From an uncultured Pirellulales bacterium (GTDB lineage: Bacteria > Planctomycetota > Phycisphaerae > Sedimentisphaerales > Anaerobacaceae), in contig CAZRMQ010000002.1 of the NCBI GenBank assembly GCA_964601185.1, positions 1 to 57,769 of the forward strand: a stretch of DNA of 57,769 nucleotides, in the 5' to 3' direction. A program made the translations under genes and the position numbers. Below are positions 34,563 to 43,006 of the stretch, one piece after another. Each line of letters opens with the position of its first letter. Position 1 is the first letter of the stretch. The notes under the pieces were generated by a model. That model ran no database searches and was not told the origin of the DNA. It worked only from the letters and a program-made list of their open reading frames with translations.

Positions 34563-35987
34563 ATGGGTGAAATAAAAGGTTTTATAAAGTATAAAAGACA
34601 GAATGTCGGTCACCGTCCGGTTGAGGAGCGGATACACGACTTCCGGGAGTTGGACTTACTTCTTACGCCGGACGAAATCTGCCAGCAGACAGCCAGATGT
34701 ATGGACTGTGGAATCCCGTTCTGTCATGGTGCCGGCTGTCCCCTGGGAAACTCTATTCCCGATTTCAATGAGCTGGTCTACAAAGGCCAGTGGGAACGCG
34801 CCTGCCGGCTGCTTCACGCTACTAACAACTTTCCTGAGATCACCGGTAGGGTCTGTCCTGCTCCCTGTGAAGCCGCGTGTACTCTTGCGATCAACGATGA
34901 GCCTGTGGCTATCAGGCAGATTGAGCAGGCGATTGTTGAGCGGGGTTTCGAGGAGGAATGGATAAGACCTTTAGCTGCCGAAAAGAAGACCGACAAGCGT
35001 GTGGCGATAGCAGGCTCCGGTCCTGCAGGTCTCGCTGCTGCCCAGCAGCTTGCAAGGGCCGGTCACTCCGTCGTGGTTTTTGAAAAAGACGAACGTCCCG
35101 GCGGGATGCTTCGATACGGCATACCGGATTTTAAGCTGGAAAAGTGGGTCATCGACCGAAGACTGGAACAGTTGGTCGCTGAAGGTATTGAGTTTCAAAC
35201 TGGTGTGAGTGTGGGAGATGATATTTCCGTGCAGTATCTGCTCAAGATGTTTGATTGCGTCTTGCTGGCAATGGGGTCAAGGCAGCCACGGTCCCTCAAT
35301 ATTACAGGCGCGGATTTGCAAAACGTTGTATATGCGATGGATTTTTTAACGGCCCGGAAGGAGCCATGGCGGGCCAGAGATAAAGTCGTGGTCGTGATAG
35401 GTGGAGGTGACACTGGCAGTGACTGTGTAGGCACTGCTCGTCGTCAGGGTGCCCAAAAGATATACCAGCTTGAAATTCTCCCCGAACCTCCGGATACTCG
35501 CCCACCAGATACGCCATGGCCAATGTGGCCTCGGATTATGCGAACAAGCACATCTGACGAGGAAGGCTGTGAGGGTCCCCGCTTTGCGGGAATCCAGAGG
35601 ATGTGGTCCGTAATGACGAAAAGGTTCCTTCCATCCGCGGCAGGCGAGACACGCGTCGGAGAACTACACGGCTGCAAAGTAGAATGGAAAAAGGAAAACG
35701 GCAATTGGCAGGTGCAGGAAGTTGCGGGAACTGATTTTGTACTCAAGGTGGATCTTGTGATTTTGGCAATGGGTTTTTTGCACGTGGTTCATAAAGGTTT
35801 GATCGAGAACCTCGGCTTGCAGTTCGACAATCGAGGCAACGTGGCAGTAAATGACTTTCAGACAAGCGAGCCGGGGATTTATGCTGCAGGTGATATCGTC
35901 AATGGGGCTTCATTGGTAGTAACTGCAATTAAAAGTGGTCGCGAATCTGCGGCTGCGATAGGCCACATGCTCCGGCGCGGAATCTGA
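34563..35987 (+). CDS. gltD: Glutamate synthase small subunit (NAD(P)H-dependent)
   Basis: 474 aa. N-terminal Fe-S Cys clusters (CMDCGIPFC, CPAPCEAAC), FAD motif IAGSGPAGLAAA and a second dinucleotide motif VVVIGGGDTGSD. Confidence 0.9.
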   Translation: MGEIKGFIKYKRQNVGHRPVEERIHDFRELDLLLTPDEICQQTARCMDCGIPFCHGAGCPLGNSIPDFNELVYKGQWERACRLLHATNNFPEITGRVCPAPCEAACTLAINDEPVAIRQIEQAIVERGFEEEWIRPLAAEKKTDKRVAIAGSGPAGLAAAQQLARAGHSVVVFEKDERPGGMLRYGIPDFKLEKWVIDRRLEQLVAEGIEFQTGVSVGDDISVQYLLKMFDCVLLAMGSRQPRSLNITGADLQNVVYAMDFLTARKEPWRARDKVVVVIGGGDTGSDCVGTARRQGAQKIYQLEILPEPPDTRPPDTPWPMWPRIMRTSTSDEEGCEGPRFAGIQRMWSVMTKRFLPSAAGETRVGELHGCKVEWKKENGNWQVQEVAGTDFVLKVDLVILAMGFLHVVHKGLIENLGLQFDNRGNVAVNDFQTSEPGIYAAGDIVNGASLVVTAIKSGRESAAAIGHMLRRGI

Positions 35988-36065
35988 GAAGTGACAAGTC
36001 TCAACGTCTTTCTAAGACAGTGCAGCTCGCAAACTCAATCTAAACAGGACGATTCCGCTTGGCTC

Positions 36066-36410
36066 TCAGCAGGTCAAGTGTAATGCGGCTGCGATATTGG
36101 CACCTTGTGCAGATAATTCATTGAATCGTTCGGCCGCTTTGTAGGTGTCGTAAGCTTCAAGTTTTATATTGTTGGCTTGAAGGACGCCGCGAGTAATTTC
36201 TGATATTTTCATCATTGCCGATGCGCCGCAGCCCGCTACAAGGGTCGCAGGCTTAGCTGCAATAATATCCTTTAAGTCTTCCGCCGACACCAAATGCCCT
36301 TGCTTTCGCCACCAATTTGATCTGGTACTACCCAAAATAATTAGGCAATCGCTGTCGAACGTTACGCCATCTATAACAATTTCGCCGAACTGGTATGAAT
36401 CAATGTGCAT
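36066..36410 (-). CDS. Mth938-like (DUF498) domain protein
   Basis: 114 aa. IDSYQFGEIVIDGVTFDSDCLII...LVAGCGASAMMKI resembles the Mth938/NDUFAF3-type fold family. Assignment is from memory. Confidence 0.55.
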   Translation of the reverse strand: MHIDSYQFGEIVIDGVTFDSDCLIILGSTRSNWWRKQGHLVSAEDLKDIIAAKPATLVAGCGASAMMKISEITRGVLQANNIKLEAYDTYKAAERFNELSAQGANIAAALHLTC

Positions 36411-36796
36411 AAGCTCGGGCCACTTTACAGAAGTGACTAAAATTTAGAGTAACTAAAGTTTTTATATTTTACTCGGCTTGTCAAACTTTTTTTAGGGGTT
36501 TCGATGAATCTGAGCAATCCCGAGTAAGTCGAGGGAAATGAGTAATCTCTACGATAAAAGTTTTAGCAAAACAAATTATCGAAAGAAGATTGCCAATATG
36601 TTCAAAATGGCCCGTTTCCTGCTAAAGCCGAAATCTTTTTTCAATTCCTTAGAAAATCGGCTCCGCCTTAAGCACCTCGAATATTTTTAAACACAGGTTG
36701 GGTGTGGCAAATTTTTCTGGCGCTTAAAATAGGCAACCTGTAGAATGTGGGCAGTTTTAGTTTTACAGTGTTAACCATGTTTTACAGGAGCCGATC

Positions 36797-37057
36797 ATGG
36801 ACAAAATGAAATTGCCGGAAATCCAAGCCAAACAGTTAGAGCAACTATTGAAAGAAGATATTAAAGAATGTATCGCTGAGGTGACAGAAGCTATAAACAA
36901 CGCACGTACAGGCGCGGTTATTGATGACAGCGAAGAACCGGTGCGAATAGCGACAGCAAAATTGCGACAGAAGATATTTCAGAAAGCCTTGCAGATGAAA
37001 ACAGATGCGGCTCAGGCCGCTTTTTCCCCCTCGCAACGGAACAAAAACAAAAAGTAG
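36797..37057 (+). CDS. Transposase N-terminal fragment (orfA)
   Basis: 86 aa, helical, ending in the A-rich run CAAAAACAAAAAGTAG. Overlaps the +1 frame ORF that encodes the catalytic part. Confidence 0.55.
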   Translation: MDKMKLPEIQAKQLEQLLKEDIKECIAEVTEAINNARTGAVIDDSEEPVRIATAKLRQKIFQKALQMKTDAAQAAFSPSQRNKNKK

Positions 37058-38213
37058 GTTGCGGCACAAAGGCAAGCAGTCTGTTGAGCATAGTACAGTC
37101 AATGGCGTGGTGAAGCTGGAACGGATTTATTGGTGGTCTACTGAGTCCGGTCGTGATGATACAATTGATCGGCTGATTGGGATAGTGGCAGACAGGGTTA
37201 GTGTTGGCGTTCGTCAGATGTGCTGCCGTGTTGCGATTAGCCAGCAGGGATTTGCCAAAGCCGCTGAGCACTTACACCATCTGGCTCAGATTCGTATCAG
37301 CAAAGAACATCTGCGAGTGATAGTCGAGTCTGAGGGGCAGTTGGTATTGAACATTCAGCGTAAAGGTTTATTAGCTGCCGGTTTTAGCATTGAGGATTGT
37401 AAGACCTCACCAAAAGGGCCTAAACGTGTTTACGTAGGCACTGACGGCGTTAAGATTCCTATGGTTACAGAAAGTGAGAAGAACAAGCGACGCCATCTGC
37501 GTGGAGCTAAACGTCCCGGCAGCAAGCGCAGGTGGATGAATCGGGGTGCTGACAACAGGTATAAGGAATTTAAGATAGCGACGATCTACGACGAGTCAAA
37601 CGAGCATCGCCAGGTGGTTGCAACATCTGGAAACCATGAGGCTGCTGGCAGACTGCTTCGACGGGAAGCTGGACGTATAAATCTTGGCGATGCAGACGAA
37701 AAGCTGGCGGTAGCAGACGGTGCCGACTGGATTGCTAAACAGTTAAAAAGTAAACTGCCTATGCTGGATTGCCAGATACTGGACTTTTATCACTTGAGTG
37801 AACATGTATGGTCAGCGGCGAATAGCTGTTTTACACAGGGCAGCGAGAGAGCTAAGCAGTTTGCTTGCGAGCTTCTGCATATTGCCAAGCATGAGGGGCC
37901 GACAGCGTTATTAACGCAATTGATGGACGAACGCCAGAAGTACCGCAGCAAGAACAAACGTAAGGCCTTGAAAGAACTGATCCAGTATATCGCCCGTCGG
38001 TTTGAGATGTGCGAGTATCCGAAATTTATAGAGAGAGGCTGGCAGATAGGTTCTGGTCCTACCGAGGCCATGTGCAAGGTATTGACTTATCGTCTTAAGG
38101 GTGCTGGTATGCGTTGGGATAGGCCTGGAGCTGATGGGATAATGGCATTGATTGCTTTACAGCAGTCGAATACGTGGAAAAGCTACTGGGACAGCCGAAA
38201 ACAGGCAGCATAG
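37005..38213 (+). CDS. Transposase catalytic fragment (orfB); no credible own start, +1 frame relative to orfA
   Basis: Contains DDE-type blocks VGTDGVKIPM, VADGADWI and ILDFYHLSEHVW. The family name (ISKra4/ISLre2-like) is recalled, not searched. Confidence 0.65.
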   Translation: MRLRPLFPPRNGTKTKSRLRHKGKQSVEHSTVNGVVKLERIYWWSTESGRDDTIDRLIGIVADRVSVGVRQMCCRVAISQQGFAKAAEHLHHLAQIRISKEHLRVIVESEGQLVLNIQRKGLLAAGFSIEDCKTSPKGPKRVYVGTDGVKIPMVTESEKNKRRHLRGAKRPGSKRRWMNRGADNRYKEFKIATIYDESNEHRQVVATSGNHEAAGRLLRREAGRINLGDADEKLAVADGADWIAKQLKSKLPMLDCQILDFYHLSEHVWSAANSCFTQGSERAKQFACELLHIAKHEGPTALLTQLMDERQKYRSKNKRKALKELIQYIARRFEMCEYPKFIERGWQIGSGPTEAMCKVLTYRLKGAGMRWDRPGADGIMALIALQQSNTWKSYWDSRKQAA

Positions 38214-38336
38214 CCCTGCCAGAAAATCTGGCCACACCCCACAGGTTCTACTTAGAGTAATAATCTTGCAAAATGGTTATGTTTTGTGTAGAGTAGGTGG
38301 GAATTTGTTGGAATGAATGTTTCATAAAGCAAATTT

Positions 38337-38407
38337 TTGGGGAATAGTGTAATGGTAGCACAAATGACTCTGGATCATTTAGTCAAGGTTCGAATCCTTG
38401 TTCCCCA
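38337..38407 (+). tRNA. tRNA-Gln (anticodon CTG)
   Basis: Hand fold. Acceptor TGGGGAA/TTCCCCA plus discriminator G. D-stem GTGT/GCAC. Anticodon stem AATGA/TCATT with loop CTCTGGA. T-arm CAAGG-TTCGAAT-CCTTG. 71 nt, no encoded CCA. Confidence 0.85.
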
Positions 38408-38421
38408 GTTATAATCATATC

Positions 38422-38442
38422 TCGTATTGCGTATTTCGTATA
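38422..38442. repeat. Heptamer tandem repeat downstream of tRNA-Gln
   Basis: CGTATTG CGTATTT CGTATAT starts 15 nt after the tRNA. It shares the CGTATTGCGT core with the repeat after tRNA-Ser. Confidence 0.55.
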
Positions 38443-38527
38443 TCTGATTATGTTCATCAATGGTAATGTTTGTAATTTGCACGATATAAAGTCGCGATAT
38501 CTAATGTTACATTGACTAAGGAATATC

Positions 38528-39688
38528 ATGAAAATGCGTTTGTTGATAGGCAGAATTGCATATCGAACAAAAACTTTACTATTAGTTTCATGTATAATCT
38601 TCGCGTGGGCAATGGCCTGTCCCTTTTGCTTTGGGGCTGAAGATGCCGCCAGAACTATCATCCCGGCAAAAACGCAGGGTGAAGCAGTAGATCAAGCGAC
38701 TATGCAGCGGATTTATGACGAGGTAAAAACACCCTTTAAATACGGCGTGGTACTTCGAGGGCAAGAGAGTAAAAAGGTCGATTGCCCCAATGTCTTTCGC
38801 ATGAACGATACCTGTGGCAGAGCTAAATGGTTCATGCTTTACGTCTGCATGAACGAGGTTGGCTACGAAACCCATCTGGCGGAAAGTCAGGACCTGCTTA
38901 GCTGGAAAACCCTCGGCAAGGTTCTCTCGTTTCGCAAGGAAGGCTGGGACAAATGGCAGGCCGATGGCGGTATTGCGCTTTTTGACTACACCTGGGGCGG
39001 CACTAATACAATTCAGCAATTTGATGGAAAGTATTGGATGTCCTACATCGGCGGTGCCCTGCAAGGTTATGAGCCGGACCCGCTGGCCATCGGTATCGCC
39101 TGGACTAAAGACCCTGCTCAGCCCGTTGAGTGGAGCCGTCTTTCTGAGAATCCTGTTCTCTCACGTGAGCAAGCCGACGTTCGTGACTTTGAGAAGATGA
39201 CCCTCTATAAAAGCAATATTATTTGGGACAAGGCCCGGACCCTGGGCTTTCCATTCGTCATGTTTTACAACGGCAAGATCAAGAATGGCTACGAGAGGAT
39301 CGGCATGGCCGTATCCAAAGATGTGATACACTGGATTCGCTATGGCACCGAGCCTGTCGTTGTCAATGGCCAAGATAAGAAACGTGGCATAAGTGGGGAT
39401 CCCCAGATAGTTAAAATCGGCGATGTCTGGGTCATGTTCTACTTCGGAGCCGGCTGGAAGCCCAAAGCCTTCGACACCTTTGCGTGCTCATACGACCTGG
39501 TGCACTGGACAAAGTGGGAAGGGCCGCATTTAGTTGAGCCCAGCGAGCCATTTGACCAAACATACGCCCATAAACCCTGGATGCTCAAGCACGATGGAGT
39601 GGTTTACCACTTTTACTGTGCTGTTGGTGACCAGGGGCGAGTCATCGCTTTGGCCACGTCGCGAGATTTAAAAGATATTGAACAATAA
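38528..39688 (+). CDS. Secreted five-bladed beta-propeller glycoside-hydrolase-like protein (GH43/GH32/GH130-type fold; family unresolved)
   Basis: 386 aa with a signal peptide. Repeated propeller-like blocks: KWFMLYVCMN, FDGKYWMSYIGG, FVMFYNG, GDVWVMFYFG and DGVVYHFYCAVGDQGRVIALATS. Confidence 0.5.
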   Translation: MKMRLLIGRIAYRTKTLLLVSCIIFAWAMACPFCFGAEDAARTIIPAKTQGEAVDQATMQRIYDEVKTPFKYGVVLRGQESKKVDCPNVFRMNDTCGRAKWFMLYVCMNEVGYETHLAESQDLLSWKTLGKVLSFRKEGWDKWQADGGIALFDYTWGGTNTIQQFDGKYWMSYIGGALQGYEPDPLAIGIAWTKDPAQPVEWSRLSENPVLSREQADVRDFEKMTLYKSNIIWDKARTLGFPFVMFYNGKIKNGYERIGMAVSKDVIHWIRYGTEPVVVNGQDKKRGISGDPQIVKIGDVWVMFYFGAGWKPKAFDTFACSYDLVHWTKWEGPHLVEPSEPFDQTYAHKPWMLKHDGVVYHFYCAVGDQGRVIALATSRDLKDIEQ

Positions 39689-39838
39689 TCCAGAAGAATT
39701 GGTTAGCCCCCATCTCCCTGTGGCATGGGCTTTTGCTTGCAAGGAAAACCGATAAAATTCCATTTGACGTATTCGGTGGGAATGATAGGATGTTTCCAAC
39801 GGGAAAAATACAAGCCTGTCTCAAGCATGGTCGAGAGG

Positions 39839-39888
39839 CTTGTCTTTCCACAGGATGCCTCACGGCAGAGCACAGCCGAGAGAATGGA
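39839..39888. repeat. 50-nt dispersed REP-like repeat, copy 2
   Basis: cttgtctttccacaggatgcctcacggcagagcacagccgagagaatgga is 46/50 identical to 3041..3090. Confidence 0.75.
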
Positions 39889-39946
39889 AATGCGTAACTG
39901 TATAATACATAGTTAAGCAGGTGATAAAGGAAAGTGGACTTGATTT

Positions 39947-40177
39947 ATGAAGATAAAATTCTCACGTCATGCAAAAAGAAGAGCAAAGTTATATAACATT
40001 TCAGAATCCGTAATTTTAGAGGTTCTTGAAAATAAAGACTTATCTCATCAAGGGATACATGAAATTGTAGAAGATGTGGAAGGATTTAAGTATCCGCTAA
40101 AAGTTGTAGTGGCAGTTGAAAATGATATAATAACAGTAATAACAAGTTATTCTTTGAAGAAGGGAAGGAAAGTATGA
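39947..40177 (+). CDS. DUF4258-family putative toxin
   Basis: 76 aa. MKIKFSRHAKRRAKLYNISESVILEVLEN... is the typical DUF4258 opening. A 4-nt ATGA overlap links it to the next gene. Confidence 0.7.
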   Translation: MKIKFSRHAKRRAKLYNISESVILEVLENKDLSHQGIHEIVEDVEGFKYPLKVVVAVENDIITVITSYSLKKGRKV

Positions 40178-40401
40178 AAGTATATTATGATGATGAAGTA
40201 GATGCTTTATATCTAAAATTGGGAGATGATACGCCGGATGGAGTTATAGAAATTTCTGAAGGTGTTAATATAGATACGACTTCACAAGATAAGATTGTGA
40301 GTATAGAAATCCTAAATGCTTCTAAAAAGATAGATTTAAGAACAGTTCTATCTTACTCACTTGAATTTGACAAAGATTTAATAACTCAAAAATTTGCCTA
40401 A
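40174..40401 (+). CDS. DUF2283-family putative antitoxin
   Basis: 75 aa. MKVYYDDEVDALYLKLGDD...IVSIEILNASKKIDL is the typical DUF2283 pattern. Confidence 0.7.
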   Translation: MKVYYDDEVDALYLKLGDDTPDGVIEISEGVNIDTTSQDKIVSIEILNASKKIDLRTVLSYSLEFDKDLITQKFA

Positions 40402-40512
40402 CAACATTCCATTTGAAGTAATCGGCGAACCTTGTAGGGTATGTGCTGATATAGTACCCAGGCGTATTATATAGAACCATATAATACATAGTTCGGGTAG
40501 AGGAATACGAAT

Positions 40513-40728
40513 ATGAACAACGAACAAGAAAAACACGGAGCAAGGGTTTTCCATGTTTCGGACACAAAACTCCTGATCAAACAGACAGTGAAAAGGGGCA
40601 AAGACGCAACCGATCCCTACGTGATCGACGAGCAGAAAGAGCGTCATGTGGATATCAACGACGACAGCGACATTGCACGGGGAATTCGAGATGCCATTAA
40701 AGGAAATCTAACGGCAGGAAAGAGATGA
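40513..40728 (+). CDS. Small hypothetical protein (71 aa)
   Basis: ATG preceded by GAGGAA. Its upstream region repeats motifs found upstream of the DUF4258 gene. A GCCTCA-AGGC-TGAGGC hairpin lies downstream. No recognisable family. Confidence 0.35.
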   Translation: MNNEQEKHGARVFHVSDTKLLIKQTVKRGKDATDPYVIDEQKERHVDINDDSDIARGIRDAIKGNLTAGKR

Positions 40729-40884
40729 AGCCGAACCATTGCCTCCACAGACTCCTCGTCTGCCGGGGCAGCAGCCTCAAGGCTGAGGCGTGACGTTGTG
40801 TCGTTTCCGTTCTGCAGCCGGATTTCGTGGCGAAGAAATATAACAAATCGAGCGTTGAATAGTTTCTATAGACAAGATTTCATA

Positions 40885-40998
40885 TTGTCATTTCGAGCGG
40901 AGGCTGCGGAGCAGCCAAAGTCGAGAAATCTGCCACCGTAAACGCTAATCAAGATTTCTCCGCTCCGTTCGCTTCGCTCACTACGGTCGAAATGACAA
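40885..40998. repeat. 114-nt palindromic MITE/REP-like element
   Basis: Outer arms TTGTCATTTCGA / TCGAAATGACAA (12 bp, perfect). Inner arms GAGAAATCT / AGATTTCTC (9 bp, perfect). The internal AAGTCGAGAAATC resembles GAAGTCGAGAGAAT of the 50-nt repeat. Confidence 0.7.
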
Positions 40999-41081
40999 CT
41001 TTTGTACAGAGCACATTGAATATCCAAAATGGGGAATGGTGTGCGTGGCACACCCTGCCGATTAAGCAGCAGGTGGTACAT

Positions 41082-41348
41082 TTATTTTCCCAGATGGTGG
41101 TAGATGTCTTTTCGGTGAGCTATCCGAACAACAAAAACAAGCAGCATTTTTTCTCTGATTGTATAGACAATCCTATAATTGCCCGAACGAATACGGTATA
41201 ATTCTTTATAGCCCTGTAATTTTTTGCAGCCCTGCGGACGTGGATTTTGGGCAAGCTGTCTGATATTGTTAATAATCTGACGTTGTATGCGTTTATCCTG
41301 CTTGCGGATAAACCTGGCGGCTTCCTCTGCCACTTTGACCTGATACAT
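41082..41348 (-). CDS. RelE/ParE-family type II toxin
   Basis: 88 aa. ...IINNIRQLAQNPRPQGCKKLQGYKELYRIRSGNYRIVYTIREKMLLVFVVRIAHRKDIY is the classic RelE/StbE pattern. Confidence 0.85.
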   Translation of the reverse strand: MYQVKVAEEAARFIRKQDKRIQRQIINNIRQLAQNPRPQGCKKLQGYKELYRIRSGNYRIVYTIREKMLLVFVVRIAHRKDIYHHLGK

Positions 41349-41354
41349 CCCTGA

Positions 41355-41600
41355 TTATACCCCCAATTGTTTTGCCAGAACTTTGAGGTCGATGAATTTA
41401 CCTTTTTTAATGGCTGCCTTGGCTGCCTGAATATCTATTTTGTCTTCCAATGCCTCCAGTATCTCTACGTCCTCAACAGGAACAAGAGCAAAGGCGGCTT
41501 TATTATTCTTTTGGATACATATCCGCTCATTGCCATACATTACTCGTTCGGCTATATCCGTAAAATCACGTCTTGCCTTTGTCATACTTACCTTGGTCAT
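41355..41600 (-). CDS. Phd/YefM-family antitoxin
   Basis: MTKVSMTKARRDFTDIAERVMYGNERICIQKNNKAAFALVPVEDVEILEALED. ATG 41600 is preceded by AGGAAGG; the ORF track starts at 41633. It lies 6 nt upstream of the toxin. Confidence 0.8.
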   Translation of the reverse strand: MTKVSMTKARRDFTDIAERVMYGNERICIQKNNKAAFALVPVEDVEILEALEDKIDIQAAKAAIKKGKFIDLKVLAKQLGV

Positions 41601-41779
41601 GTCGGCCTTCCTTTCTTTTATATAGTATCGCAAATAACAGGCTTGAGTTCAAGTAAAAAGTTATAATATTTACAAAATTTATAAAGTTTATAAAAGAAGC
41701 GATTTTTGCTTACCCTTTTAAATCGACTGCGCCATGTATAACGCCTTGTTGTAGCCGGTAAGATTTGATTTATCGGTTG

Positions 41780-42550
41780 TTACAAGGCAAACTCGGCGAT
41801 GATAGGGGTGTGGTCGCTTGGACGGTCTGCGGTTCGTGGCTCTTTATCTATGTAGCAGGCAGTACACTTTTCAGCCAATGTCTTTGTAGCCATAATGTGG
41901 TCCAGGCGCCAGCCGAGGTTTCGCTTAAAAGAGTTTGGCAGTCTGTAATCCCAGAATGTGTATTGTCCTGCTTCGCTGCAATTGATTCTAAAGCAATCGA
42001 CAAATCCCCACTGCAAAACTTTAGTCAGTGCTTTTTGAACCTCCGGATGAAAACAAACGTGTCCCCACAAAGCATCCGGATCATAAACGTCTATCGGCTG
42101 CGGTGCGATATTAAGGTCACCTACCCAGATAGCAGGATCGGATGGCTTGAAATGTTTTTTGAAAAGGCTATAAAGGCGATCAAACCAATCCATTTTGTAT
42201 TGAAATTTTTCCGAGTCGGGCGAAACGCCCTGCGGGACATAAGTATTGACAATTACAACGCCGTTGATTTTAGCTTTAATCAAACGAGCCTCGTCCATCG
42301 GCTCATCGGGGAAACCAAATTCTACGTTTGTGATTGGGCTTTTGCTAAAAATTGCTACGCCGTTATAGCTTTTTTGCCCTTTGAAGACATATTTATATCC
42401 GGTCTGATCAAGCTCATCGGTTGGGAAATCTGTATCCTGAACCTTCGTTTCCTGCAGGCATAAAACGTCGGGCTGATGCTTGGCTAACCACGGAAGCACG
42501 ATGTGTAGGCGAGCACGTAAGGAGTTGACATTAAAAGTAGCTATTTTCAT
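41780..42550 (-). CDS. xthA: Exodeoxyribonuclease III
   Basis: 256 aa. MKIATFNVNSLRARL...PDVLCLQETK, GDLNIAP and SDHTPIIAEF are the EEP/ExoIII signature blocks. Confidence 0.9.
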   Translation of the reverse strand: MKIATFNVNSLRARLHIVLPWLAKHQPDVLCLQETKVQDTDFPTDELDQTGYKYVFKGQKSYNGVAIFSKSPITNVEFGFPDEPMDEARLIKAKINGVVIVNTYVPQGVSPDSEKFQYKMDWFDRLYSLFKKHFKPSDPAIWVGDLNIAPQPIDVYDPDALWGHVCFHPEVQKALTKVLQWGFVDCFRINCSEAGQYTFWDYRLPNSFKRNLGWRLDHIMATKTLAEKCTACYIDKEPRTADRPSDHTPIIAEFAL

Positions 42551-43006
42551 TTATTATGCCAATCATTGATGATTAAATCGTTTCTTCCATAGAGTTAGCT
42601 TAACCGGTTAAATGCAGCAAATCACGTCTAATATAATATATAAGAACGTCTGCGACTTTCCGCAAGAAGGTTATTTGCTATAACGTCGTAATTATCAATT
42701 AAGATTTCCCTTGATTTGGTGGCACCAGATTTAGTATAAAATAGTATGGTAAGGTCTATTGGCTTCTTCATTGTGAGAAACTCTGTATTGCAAGGTATAG
42801 AGTAATGGAGTAGTCACTTATCGAGCTTGATAAGGAAGGAGGTAGAAAACAAGGCCAAAAAGCTCTCTTTTGTAGCACCAAACCGAGCGAGAGTGTAACT
42901 TTTTTATAAGGTCGGTCTTCTATCCTGTATTCTGATTTTGTGTTTTAGTGTATAGGCAAAACGTGTTGATTGTTGTTTTAAGTTATTGTTTGAGAGAGGA
43001 TTAATC

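Larger units (their letters stand above)
36700..38240 (+). mobile_element. Insertion sequence (1541 bp) with imperfect terminal inverted repeats and an 8-bp target-site duplication; DDE transposase of ISKra4/ISLre2-like type, split into two frames
   Basis: IRL is GGGTGTGGCAAATTTTTCTGGC (from 36700). The reverse complement of IRR is GGGTGTGGCCAGATTTTCTGGC (ending at 38240), 19/22 identical. CACAGGTT lies directly outside both ends (36692..36699 and 38241..38248). Confidence 0.8.

Noticed and set aside
36797-38213. Programmed -1 ribosomal frameshifting in the IS transposase
   Set aside because: The catalytic ORF is offset by +1, not -1, relative to orfA, and no A-AAA-AAG-type heptamer lies in the correct frame. 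An indel or an atypical +1 event is more consistent, so it is left as an open question in the findings.
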